64,000 nucleotides of DNA, from the NCBI GenBank assembly GCA_045533355.1, contig JAZSHP010000005.1:1036-65035 (forward strand), written 5' to 3'. A model generated the notes under the pieces. That model did no database searches and was not told where the DNA came from. It saw nothing but the letters and a program-made list of their open reading frames with translations. The DNA is from Candidatus Fimenecus sp. GTDB lineage: Bacteria; Bacillota; Clostridia; Oscillospirales; Acutalibacteraceae. The position numbers were made by a program, and so were the translations under genes. Below, in pieces: positions 28,351 to 37,197 of the stretch; position 1 is the first letter of the stretch, and the number at the start of each line of letters is the position of its first letter.

Positions 28351-28463
28351 TTTTTAATTTTACCTACCATAGGTGCTTTTTTGTACTGTCTGCACAATTT
28401 GGGGCAGTTCAATTCCGAGGTGCTTATATTTTTATTAAGATTTACTGAAAGACTTTTTCAGCA

Positions 28464-31457
28464 TTATGAAAGTGAATTGATAGTTGAAATCTGTTCACCC
28501 TTGATTGTGAATACATACCATTCATCACCAGTGCCGGATGTAGGTGCAGTATATGTTGCAATTACTCTGTTACCTGAATAAACCTTAACCACCGCATTTG
28601 ATGTTGAAAGTGCAGATTCTCCTGAGTAGTTATGTACAACATAGGTATATGTTGTTGCATTTGGCTGATGGATAGTGATTGTTTCAGGTCCATAGCCGTT
28701 TCTGTCGTCAACATCTAATTCAGCTGCTGTTTGCCCATTAAATGTACTGTATTTTCTTTCAAAGTAAACATGTCTGTCAGTACCGTTATCCTTGTACAAG
28801 AGATGTGCGTCAAGGTCGGTTGGACTATCATCCCAAGTAAGAACAATTCTGATTTTATCTGCTTCAACAACAGGAGAAATTGCCATATTTGCATCATTAA
28901 TCGTACCACCGTCTGCTGTAACATTCACATGGGTCTTAATGAAGTTTGACTTTGTGATTTCAAGAGTATACTGACCGGCAGGAAGCTGGAGTGAGTATTT
29001 ACCTGAAGAGTTTGTTGTTGTCTGATAGCCCAAGAAGCTACCTGATGTCTTATTCAAGCCACTGCGGACTTTGATTGTGGCACCTGAAACAGGACTGCCG
29101 TCAAGGGCATTAGAAATAATACCACTTACATTACATATCTGTACTGTTGTTGTTTCTTCTTTCTTAACCATCTTAGCTATTGACGGATATGTGGTTTCAC
29201 CGCCAACCACCTTAACACTTAAGTTCAAATCATTATAATTATTCTTTGACATCTTAAGCACATAGTCACCTACAGGTAATGTCACACTATATACACCGGA
29301 TGAGTTTGTAGTAATTGTTTCAACAATCTTTGAAGTATTACTTGCCTTTACAACCTTAATTGTAACGCCTGAAAGATTTGAGTTAGTTTCACTGTCTCTT
29401 ACTGTACCTGAAACCTTACCCTCTGCCTCTGTAGTTGATTCAGTTGTTGACTCTGTCGTTGTTTCTGTTGTTTCTGTTGTAGTTTCTTCGCCATTTGCAG
29501 GAAGCTTGTTAACAGTTAAAGTAATTTCACTGCCCTTATCCACTCTCTTACCTGCTTCAACAGACTGCTTGAGAACAAGGTCATCAGCAACTGTTTCATC
29601 TTCTGAGTATTCAATATTTACCACAAGACCGAGTTTTTCAAGCTTCTTTTCTGCTTCGTCGGCGTTGAAATACTGAACATCAACAACTCTCACCTGTTCC
29701 TTACCGCGTGAAACTGTTACATAAACATTGTCGCCCTTATTTACGCTCTTGTTTGCTGCAGTTTTCTGTGAAATAATTGAGTCTTTAGGTGCATCGTTGC
29801 TATATTCTGATTCTTCAATAAGAAGATATACGCCTTTTTTGAGAAGCTCTTTTCTTGCTTCCTCAAAATCTTTACCTGTAAGGTCAGGAATTGTTACTTT
29901 TCCGGTTGGTTTTGTTTTAGAGCCCTTTGAAACAACAATTTCGACTTTTTCAGTCTGTTTCAGCTCTGTATTTTCTTTATGGCTCTGACTGATAACGCCA
30001 CCCTTACCAACATTGTCACTATATTCTTCTTTAACCTTTACCTTAAAGCCTTCGTCCTCCATATTCTTGACAGCTGTTTCTTCTGTATAATAAACAGCCT
30101 GCGGAACATAACCTATTTTCGGACCACCGCTGATTTTTACTTCAACGACGTCATCCTTTTCAGTTTTGATACCGCCTTCAGGAGTCTGTTCACAGATAAG
30201 GTCTTTTTCTACTTCTTCCTCAAATTCCTTTTTACCCGTTACAAGCATCTGAAGGTCTTTTTCTTCAAGGAGGTCCTCTGCCTCACTCTTATTCATATTA
30301 AGAATGTCAGGCACTCTTACATAACCTTCAGCAACAGGAGCGTTAGGGAATACAAGTCTGCCGTTTGCAAAACGAACTGTACCTGTAAGGAAGAGTACAG
30401 CAATAATCAACACAAACGATGCAACAGCTGCTGATGCAATCTTTAACCATGTGGGGAATTTTGCAGGGTCTTTATTTACCTTTTCTTTTACTACTGCCTG
30501 ACCTGAAACCAATCCGTTCAAAAATGCTCTTGCAGTCTGAGGTCTGTTCTGCGGATTGAGGTTCAATGCGTTCATAATAGCATTCTGACAAGGAGGAGCA
30601 ATCTTAACACCCTTAGCTGATGGTGGTACAAGAGCATGGTCGCCTCTGTCAATTGACTCTACAGGTGTTACACCTGTAATCATTTTATAGAATGTTGCCG
30701 CTACAGCATAGTTATCTGACCAAGGACCCTGTGGACTGTTCTTCACATACTGTTCAGGTGGAGCATAGCCTCTCTTAACTATAACTGACAAGCTCTTTGA
30801 GTTATATGCTGTTGCATATCTTGCTGAACCGAAGTCAAGAACCTTAATCTTATTATCCTTTGTAACAAAAAGGTTGTCAGGAGAAATATCTCTGTGGATA
30901 ATTCCTGCCTGATGCACTTTATCAAGAGTATTGAGCACGGGCACCATAATTCTCATTGCTGTTTCATAAGGCATAGGACCTGAACGCTTAAGCATACTTG
31001 CAACAGTTTCACCCTCAAGGTATTCCATTACGATATATGCAGTATTATTTTCCTGAAATGTATCATAAATTCTTACAATACCGTCCTCTGATGAGAATTT
31101 TGCAAGTCTCTGTGCTTCCTGAATAAAGCTTTCAAGACCTGATGAGAAGAATCCTCTGCTCTGACCGTCATAAACACTGACTTCTGTGTGACCGGGAATT
31201 CTTGTTGCGAATTCAGATGGCAGATATTCCTTGATTGCCACCTTTGTATTCAACATTGCGTCCCAGCCGATATATGTAACACCAAAACCACCGAAACCGA
31301 GAACCTTACCTACGATATACTTCTTGTGGAGTATTGATTCAGGCTCCATGTGATGTGGCTCTGCTGCTTTTGTACCTCTCACATATCCGCAATGAGGACA
31401 AACAGGGCTGATATTATCATTAAATTCGTTCATACATGACATACATCTGAAGCTCAT
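28464..31457 (-). CDS. Zinc-ribbon / Hanks Ser/Thr kinase / TM / 4x PASTA / 2x carboxypeptidase-regulatory-like / DUF2135-like ectodomain protein
   Basis: It starts with CMSC..CPHC, followed by GFGGFGVTY, VAIKEY, HRDISPDN and DFGSA. After a TM (IASAAVASFVLIIAVLFLTG) come four PASTA-like repeats, a T/E-rich linker and two SG.V.D...G-type beta-sandwich repeats, ending in IRIVLTWDDSPTDLDAHL...GYGPETI. I take the start as ATG 31457; the RBS is poor and the track uses TTG at 31475. Confidence 0.9.
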   Translation of the reverse strand: MSFRCMSCMNEFNDNISPVCPHCGYVRGTKAAEPHHMEPESILHKKYIVGKVLGFGGFGVTYIGWDAMLNTKVAIKEYLPSEFATRIPGHTEVSVYDGQSRGFFSSGLESFIQEAQRLAKFSSEDGIVRIYDTFQENNTAYIVMEYLEGETVASMLKRSGPMPYETAMRIMVPVLNTLDKVHQAGIIHRDISPDNLFVTKDNKIKVLDFGSARYATAYNSKSLSVIVKRGYAPPEQYVKNSPQGPWSDNYAVAATFYKMITGVTPVESIDRGDHALVPPSAKGVKIAPPCQNAIMNALNLNPQNRPQTARAFLNGLVSGQAVVKEKVNKDPAKFPTWLKIASAAVASFVLIIAVLFLTGTVRFANGRLVFPNAPVAEGYVRVPDILNMNKSEAEDLLEEKDLQMLVTGKKEFEEEVEKDLICEQTPEGGIKTEKDDVVEVKISGGPKIGYVPQAVYYTEETAVKNMEDEGFKVKVKEEYSDNVGKGGVISQSHKENTELKQTEKVEIVVSKGSKTKPTGKVTIPDLTGKDFEEARKELLKKGVYLLIEESEYSNDAPKDSIISQKTAANKSVNKGDNVYVTVSRGKEQVRVVDVQYFNADEAEKKLEKLGLVVNIEYSEDETVADDLVLKQSVEAGKRVDKGSEITLTVNKLPANGEETTTETTETTTESTTESTTEAEGKVSGTVRDSETNSNLSGVTIKVVKASNTSKIVETITTNSSGVYSVTLPVGDYVLKMSKNNYNDLNLSVKVVGGETTYPSIAKMVKKEETTTVQICNVSGIISNALDGSPVSGATIKVRSGLNKTSGSFLGYQTTTNSSGKYSLQLPAGQYTLEITKSNFIKTHVNVTADGGTINDANMAISPVVEADKIRIVLTWDDSPTDLDAHLLYKDNGTDRHVYFERKYSTFNGQTAAELDVDDRNGYGPETITIHQPNATTYTYVVHNYSGESALSTSNAVVKVYSGNRVIATYTAPTSGTGDEWYVFTIKGEQISTINSLS

Positions 31458-31569
31458 AATTTTTATTCTGCACAAATACTTTTGTGCTTTCCCCTTTCTT
31501 AATCTATGTTGATTTGCTTTGTATTTATATTAAGTCAAATTTCTTTTAGTAGTAAAATCAATTAATTTA

Positions 31570-32151
31570 TCACTTAAACCAATCCGTCAGTTGGTCCTTT
31601 ATGCCAGATTTCTCTGTTGTTGTAGGCGGTGGTGTTGTAGTCGGTGCTGTTGTAGAGGGTGGCGTTGTGGTTGGTGCTGTAGTTGGTTGAGTTGTAGAAG
31701 GTGCTGTTGTAGCCGGTTTGGTTGTAGATGGTTTAGTTGTGACCGGCTTTGTACCATTTGAATGCTTTTTTGTTGTAGTCTCTTTCTTCTTATCGCCCTT
31801 CTTATCATCCTTTTTCTTATCGTCCTTGAGGGTTTCTTTTTCAGAAACGATGTTTTCAGGCAATCTCAACTGTTCTTCTGTGGTAGTTTCACCTTTAACC
31901 TCCACAGTGCCATTATTGTATTCATAAGTATGGCTTTCTTTTTCTTCATTTTTAAACAAATCTACATTCTTAAAGAGAACGCCCTTTGAGAAACAGAAAA
32001 TATATGAAAAAATCACAACCACTGACATCACTGCCACAACGTGCATCCATACCGGCATTTTATTTTTCTTGGCGGTATTATTTGGAGCTCCGCAATTAGG
32101 ACAGGTCATTGCATGTGAATCATATTCCGTTTTGCAATTATTACAAATCAT
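31570..32151 (-). CDS. Zinc-ribbon / TM / Lys- and Thr/Pro-rich extracellular tail protein
   Basis: ATG at 32151 follows GGGGGA. The protein opens MICNNCKTEYDSHAMTCPNCG. A TM (VWMHVVAVMSVVVIFSYIFCF) is followed by KKKDDKKGDKKK and a long (T/S/P/A)-rich tract. Confidence 0.6.
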   Translation of the reverse strand: MICNNCKTEYDSHAMTCPNCGAPNNTAKKNKMPVWMHVVAVMSVVVIFSYIFCFSKGVLFKNVDLFKNEEKESHTYEYNNGTVEVKGETTTEEQLRLPENIVSEKETLKDDKKKDDKKGDKKKETTTKKHSNGTKPVTTKPSTTKPATTAPSTTQPTTAPTTTPPSTTAPTTTPPPTTTEKSGIKDQLTDWFK

Positions 32152-32194
32152 TTTTTCGTCCCCCATACTCATAAACTTTTAATTACCGATTATA

Positions 32195-34360
32195 TCAATA
32201 ATTATCTTTTACAAATGCTTCAACAGAATCAGTCCATTCTGCAAGTCCCTTTGCAAAGACTTTTTCTTTTGATTTTTCCGAATAAATTATTATACTGTCA
32301 ACACTCGGAAGGTTGCTCAGTGCTTTGTGATACTCCAGCTGACTGTTATAAATATTCTTATTAAGTGAAAGTGTCAGCTGTGAGCACTGATTATCAAGTG
32401 CTAAAATCTGTTGTGCTTCATCACTCAGACAGTATCTGAGATAAAGCATTGCAGCAGACTGACTGCTCTTTGTTCCCTTTGCGGAAATACTCCACACCTG
32501 GTCAAATGAGCCATACCATTTATTTTCGTTTGAAAAGAGATTTTCCTGACTATAAGAAAGGACTAAATCAGACTTTCTTATAGTTTTCATATCCTTACTT
32601 GTACCGATATAATATGCTGCTTTTTTACTTGTGAACTGCTCAATTGCAGTATCATAATCCATCATCTTACCACCCACGTAAGCTCTTTCAAAAATATCTG
32701 TGGCAAGATTATATGTAGCACCCTCGTTTTTCAACGAGCCGTAAAGTGCCTCAAGGCCATCCGGACTCACAACCAATGAATTAAGCTCCGGATTCCTTTG
32801 ACTTAAGCCACTCCAGGAATCAACACCGGAAAGACCTTTGTTATCAGGGCTGTCGGCATATTGAAGATAGACATAAAAACCGAGTGGTAAGCTGTCATAG
32901 CTTGTTCCGTAAATCTCGTGATATTGTTCAAGAAGCTGAATATTATCACCTAATTCATCCACAACCGGTTTAAGACTTGCCTTTTCCACTGTGGCTGAAT
33001 CAACCAAATCACTTCTGAAAAGATTCACACTTTGTCCGTCTTCTATATCTGAAATCACTCTTTGAGCGTAATCGTCTTTTTGAACAAAAACAGTTTCAAG
33101 GGTAATTTTCTTACCGAACTGTTTATTGGCATAATCATAAAAATTCTCTGAAATCTCGTCGTAAACCTGCTCCAAGGCTTTTTTGTCTTCAGAATCCTCA
33201 TAAGGCACATAGGCAACTATTGATTCGCTCTTTGCTATATCACCTTTTACAGACTGATATAAATTATCCTTTTTCTGAGTGACAAATATTAAGCCCACAA
33301 CAATAGCAACAACTGCTACCAGAGCTGATATTACTGACACATTTCTTCTTATTGTTCTTCTCCGTTCTTCTATTTCGGGATAATCTATATTTTTATCCGG
33401 TGACGTCAAGGCAGATACAAGCTCGTCGACAGATTGGAAACGGAGTTTTGGCTTAATAGCCATTGCCTTCATAATGGCAACATCAACATAACCGGGAACA
33501 TCTGACACAACCTTCATAGGAGTAACCATAGTGTCATTCATGGCTCTTTCCAATACAGGTGTAGGTGTTTTTCCCGTTATCATACGATAAAGAGTAGCAC
33601 CCACAGCGTATATATCAGTGTAAGGTCCCTCTATACTCTTTGTTTTATATTGTTCCGGTGGTGCATAACCATCAGAAACCACATTTGTTCGTGTTCTTTC
33701 ATTCTCTTCCACGAACCTTGCTGTTCCAAAATCTATAATTTTGATTTTGTTATCAGCGGTTATTAAAATATTTCTCGGATTAATGTCACGGTGAATAACT
33801 GAACGGTCGTGAAGCACCTTAAGACCACGAAGGACGGGGTCTATTATGGTCATTGCCTCCTCGACAGAAAGCTTTCCACCACTTTTTTTGATATATTCCT
33901 CCAATGAAATACCATTAAGATATTCCATTACAATATATGCAGTTCGATTTTCAGTAAAATATTCATAAACATTTACGATATATGGTTCATTCATAAAATT
34001 CGCCATATTTCGTGCTTCTTCAAGAAATCTGTTAAAGCCTTTCTTAAATTCTTCGGACTTGTCACCCGAAAAAATAGATACATTCTTTTCTCCGGGCGTA
34101 CGGCAAACAAGACTGCCGGGAAAATATTCCTTAATGGCAATTACCCTTCCCAATTTCAAATCAAGAGCCTTATAAATTATGCCGAATCCACCAAAGCCTA
34201 ACACTTCTCCGAGCAGATATCGACTATTAAGCACCGTTCCCGGATACAAGTGATAAGCTTCAACAGGGTCAGGTGCTCCCGTTTTCCCGCAATAGGGACA
34301 AACGGGAGTTTTAAGACTTTTCAATTTAAAACAATTTGTGCAAACTCTTGTTAAGTCCAT
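32195..34360 (-). CDS. Zinc-ribbon / Hanks Ser/Thr kinase / TM / solute-binding-protein-like ectodomain
   Basis: It starts with CTNC..CPYC, followed by GFGGFGIIY, IAIKEY, HRDINPRN and DFGTA. After a TM (VSVISALVAVVAIVVGLIFV) there is a roughly 350-aa ectodomain with SBP-like features (WSISAKGTKSSQSAAMLYLRYCLSDEAQ). Confidence 0.9.
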   Translation of the reverse strand: MDLTRVCTNCFKLKSLKTPVCPYCGKTGAPDPVEAYHLYPGTVLNSRYLLGEVLGFGGFGIIYKALDLKLGRVIAIKEYFPGSLVCRTPGEKNVSIFSGDKSEEFKKGFNRFLEEARNMANFMNEPYIVNVYEYFTENRTAYIVMEYLNGISLEEYIKKSGGKLSVEEAMTIIDPVLRGLKVLHDRSVIHRDINPRNILITADNKIKIIDFGTARFVEENERTRTNVVSDGYAPPEQYKTKSIEGPYTDIYAVGATLYRMITGKTPTPVLERAMNDTMVTPMKVVSDVPGYVDVAIMKAMAIKPKLRFQSVDELVSALTSPDKNIDYPEIEERRRTIRRNVSVISALVAVVAIVVGLIFVTQKKDNLYQSVKGDIAKSESIVAYVPYEDSEDKKALEQVYDEISENFYDYANKQFGKKITLETVFVQKDDYAQRVISDIEDGQSVNLFRSDLVDSATVEKASLKPVVDELGDNIQLLEQYHEIYGTSYDSLPLGFYVYLQYADSPDNKGLSGVDSWSGLSQRNPELNSLVVSPDGLEALYGSLKNEGATYNLATDIFERAYVGGKMMDYDTAIEQFTSKKAAYYIGTSKDMKTIRKSDLVLSYSQENLFSNENKWYGSFDQVWSISAKGTKSSQSAAMLYLRYCLSDEAQQILALDNQCSQLTLSLNKNIYNSQLEYHKALSNLPSVDSIIIYSEKSKEKVFAKGLAEWTDSVEAFVKDNY

Positions 34361-34384
34361 TTAATCAAGCTCCATAGTGCAAAT

Positions 34385-35422
34385 TTATTTCAAATCAAAT
34401 ACATTTTCCTGATTTGCCAAGGAGATTCTTGAGCCTGCTGATAACATTATTTTTTCTCCCTGACCAATTCTTCTTCCATCACGAAGAACAACACCGTTTG
34501 AAGAGTATACAGTTAATTTGTATTTGTCTTTATCTGCAAAATACTGAATACTACAATGTGTTCTGCCGATGTGAACATATTTTTTATCAAAAATAATGTT
34601 ACATTTTTCAGGGTCACGACCTATATAAATAATTTCGTAATCCCCGATTGAAATATCAGCGCCTCGATATTGTCCTGCCACACCAACTATTCGACCTGTC
34701 ATCGAATTAAACTGTGTTGCATAATCATAGTGGTTAACTCTTGCTGTCGGAGTATCCTCATAATCACCGCCGACATTGTTATTGTAATAACCGCCGGCTA
34801 CTTCCTGATTGTAATAATTATAATTAGCATTATTATCCTGATACACAGGAGCATTATTATAATCACCAACAGGTGTTGGGGCACTGTTTGCAACCACTAC
34901 ATCTTCTTCATCCTGACAAGTCAACAACATAACAAGACCTAAAATAGCACAGATAATAAAGGAGATTAAGTTTAAGTATCCGCCCGGTGCATATCCGACA
35001 AATTCGTCCAAAGAAACCATGTTCTCGGTAAAAAAGCCCATATCAATGACTTCTAATGACAGGATTACTCTTGTTGCTACGTGAGTAAACACACCGTAAC
35101 CTGCTGCAAGAATACTTACAACACCCGCAAACTTTGGTTTAAGTACAAATCCCAATATTGATGCAAAAAAGCCGATGAACATAGGAAGAATTGCAGCAAG
35201 GATGATAAAGACAAACAGAACTAACTGCTCATCCTTACCGGAAAGGTCTATCGCATACATAAAAATGTCAAGCATTGAAGCCTTTGCCATGCCACCAAAA
35301 AGAGCATCGTCAAACTCACCGAGAAGTCCTGACAGTTTAAAGAACGGCAGAAAATAGCAGACAATAGCAGCAAAAAAGCCGAACGCTATAAAGCCATTAA
35401 ATAATAATTTCTTCGTTTTCAT
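34385..35422 (-). CDS. Polytopic membrane protein with N/Y-rich linker and C-terminal FHA domain
   Basis: About five TM helices are followed by GDYNNAPVYQDNNANYNYYNQEVAGGYYNNNVGGDY and then an FHA domain (IYIGRDPEKCNIIFD...GRTHCSI...SSNGVVL). Confidence 0.8.
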   Translation of the reverse strand: MKTKKLLFNGFIAFGFFAAIVCYFLPFFKLSGLLGEFDDALFGGMAKASMLDIFMYAIDLSGKDEQLVLFVFIILAAILPMFIGFFASILGFVLKPKFAGVVSILAAGYGVFTHVATRVILSLEVIDMGFFTENMVSLDEFVGYAPGGYLNLISFIICAILGLVMLLTCQDEEDVVVANSAPTPVGDYNNAPVYQDNNANYNYYNQEVAGGYYNNNVGGDYEDTPTARVNHYDYATQFNSMTGRIVGVAGQYRGADISIGDYEIIYIGRDPEKCNIIFDKKYVHIGRTHCSIQYFADKDKYKLTVYSSNGVVLRDGRRIGQGEKIMLSAGSRISLANQENVFDLK

Positions 35423-35463
35423 ATTTCTTCCTCATAAATTTGAGGGTTTCTCAAATTCAAATA

Positions 35464-36102
35464 TCAGTTTTCTGCTTTTGCGTCCTGCCACTTAAATTTA
35501 TCTGAACAGAATGGGATAAACATAAGTTTTGTATTACCAACACTGATAACATCATGAGCCTGGATTTGTGCAGGTGTTAACACAACCTGACCGTTAAGGT
35601 ATGAAAGCTCTTTTGAGTCACCCGGCTGAACAATGAACAAGCTTTCCTTTGGTTCAAAAACAATAATTGTATGCTTTTCTCTTGAAACTGAGCTGTCACC
35701 GCTGAGGCAAACATCCATATTTGATGCTCTGCCGATGAAGTTTTTACCTGCTCTGAGTTTGAAATCCTCACCAAAGTGATTGCCTTCAATACATACAAGC
35801 CAACCTACAACCGGTTCAGAGCCCACTGCGCTCTGATAATAACCAACAGTAACAACCTGTTCGTCATCTGCCGCGTTATCCTTTACTTCATCAATCAAAT
35901 CAGTTAATTTAACTGTCTTATCAATTGCTGAATCATCTTCCATTGTTACATTGTTTGAAAAATCAATGCTTTCTGTCTGAACATCACCGAAGTTGTTCAT
36001 ATAACCGTTGTTCATCTGTGCACCTTCACTTGGGCAGTGTGGGCAAAATGCAAAAGCATCAGCATCGTAAAAATGACCATTAATACATCTTTGTAAATCC
36101 AT
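35464..36102 (-). CDS. Zinc-ribbon-like / FHA domain protein (paralog of 40357..40947)
   Basis: It opens MDLQRCINGHFYDADAFAFCPHC, contains VVGWLVCIEG, and has an FHA domain (NFIGRASNMDVCL..SVSREKHTII). An RBS AAGGAG is present. Confidence 0.8.
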   Translation of the reverse strand: MDLQRCINGHFYDADAFAFCPHCPSEGAQMNNGYMNNFGDVQTESIDFSNNVTMEDDSAIDKTVKLTDLIDEVKDNAADDEQVVTVGYYQSAVGSEPVVGWLVCIEGNHFGEDFKLRAGKNFIGRASNMDVCLSGDSSVSREKHTIIVFEPKESLFIVQPGDSKELSYLNGQVVLTPAQIQAHDVISVGNTKLMFIPFCSDKFKWQDAKAEN

Positions 36103-36153
36103 AATAAGTTCTCCTTAAAAATAAAAATATATTTTGAAAAACTATGTTTCCAA

Positions 36154-37197
36154 TTACTGATTTAAATATTTTATTACCGCAACTGTTGTATTGTCCTGAC
36201 CCTTCTTTTTCTTATCTGTAACAGTTCGGGTCAGAGCCTCTGCGGCTGCCATTGTGTTGTTTCTGTTATTCAGTATAACTGTTCTGATTTCTTCATTTGA
36301 CAATGTTTTGTATAGTCCATCGCTGCAAAGAAGAACAATATCACCATGCTGTAACGGGAAAGGCTGCTCATTATTATCAATAGGACTTTCCTTGCCGATA
36401 CCGATAAAACTGATAAGAGCTTCTGCCTTAGGGTCATTACGGGCTTCTTCGAAAGTGATTAAACCGCTTTCTGCCTTTTTCTTCAATATAGAGTAATAGT
36501 TGTGGTCCGTAGTAACCTGTACCATTTCCGTATCTCTGATAATATAGATTCGGCTATCACCTACTGAAACCCAATACAGGCTTCCGTTTTCAATTGCAAC
36601 ACTGACCATTGTGCTTCCTGAACCGAGAGAATTATTGTTTTCATCCTTAAGGTTATACACCATTTCGTCAACCTTTTTAACCTCATCCTTCAAGAATTTA
36701 GGAATATCCTGTGGTTGTGTCTTTATGTAATCTTCAAACAATGTTCTGGTTGCAAGTGCACTGGCAATTTCGCCACCGGTCATACCGCCCATACCATCGC
36801 ACAAAACTGCAATTGCTTTTTTGAAATTGTTTCTCTTCATATACTCACGGTTACATACAATCACAGCGTCCTGCTGATATTTTCTTGTACCGATTATAGT
36901 AGAAGTTCCAATCTGGATTTTATCCGAATTGTCTGCAATGAGTTCTGTGGTTCTGAGTTTTCCTGTTTCTGCCTGTCTCGGGTTATTTGCCATGGTTGGT
37001 CTGTTAAATACCACCGGAGCAGGTACAGACTGAGGAACAAATTCTGTCTCGTTCACCTGATTAACAGGATTTTCCTGTTGCTTAGATATTTTAGTCTTAA
37101 TGAACTTATAAACAAAAAAGATTAAATATGCTACTGCCAATACAGCTAAACAAGAAAAAAGTATACTGAATATAAGATTTGCTATTCCATTATTCAT
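36154..37197 (-). CDS. Membrane-anchored PP2C-family Ser/Thr phosphatase
   Basis: It has an N-terminal TM and the PP2C motifs VLCDGMGGMTGGEIAS, VGDSRIY, LLCSDGLY and DNTTVAVI. The ATG overlaps the stop of the upstream kinase (ATGA). Confidence 0.9.
   Translation of the reverse strand: MNNGIANLIFSILFSCLAVLAVAYLIFFVYKFIKTKISKQQENPVNQVNETEFVPQSVPAPVVFNRPTMANNPRQAETGKLRTTELIADNSDKIQIGTSTIIGTRKYQQDAVIVCNREYMKRNNFKKAIAVLCDGMGGMTGGEIASALATRTLFEDYIKTQPQDIPKFLKDEVKKVDEMVYNLKDENNNSLGSGSTMVSVAIENGSLYWVSVGDSRIYIIRDTEMVQVTTDHNYYSILKKKAESGLITFEEARNDPKAEALISFIGIGKESPIDNNEQPFPLQHGDIVLLCSDGLYKTLSNEEIRTVILNNRNNTMAAAEALTRTVTDKKKKGQDNTTVAVIKYLNQ

Larger units (their letters stand above)
27070..28411 (+). mobile_element. 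IS3-family insertion sequence (about 1.34 kb), apparently intact
   Basis: Two ORFs lie in 0/-1 frames. Imperfect terminal inverted repeats begin TG... (27070) and end ...CA (28411). A shared inner segment, AAAAAG(A)CACCT(CC)ATGGTAG, is found in inverted orientation near both ends. The end positions are uncertain by 1-2 nt. Confidence 0.8.

Noticed and set aside
27067-28414. Target-site duplication of the IS3 element
   Set aside because: With TG...CA ends (27070/28411) the flanking triplets differ (AAA vs ATT). Shifting each end by one base gives an AAT/AAT duplication but loses the canonical TG/CA termini. The question cannot be resolved without other copies, so I make no TSD claim.
28381-28581. 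66-aa plus-strand ORF
   Set aside because: It spans the right IS inverted repeat, the flanking spacer and the antisense 3' end of the kinase gene. It has no RBS or recognisable sequence.
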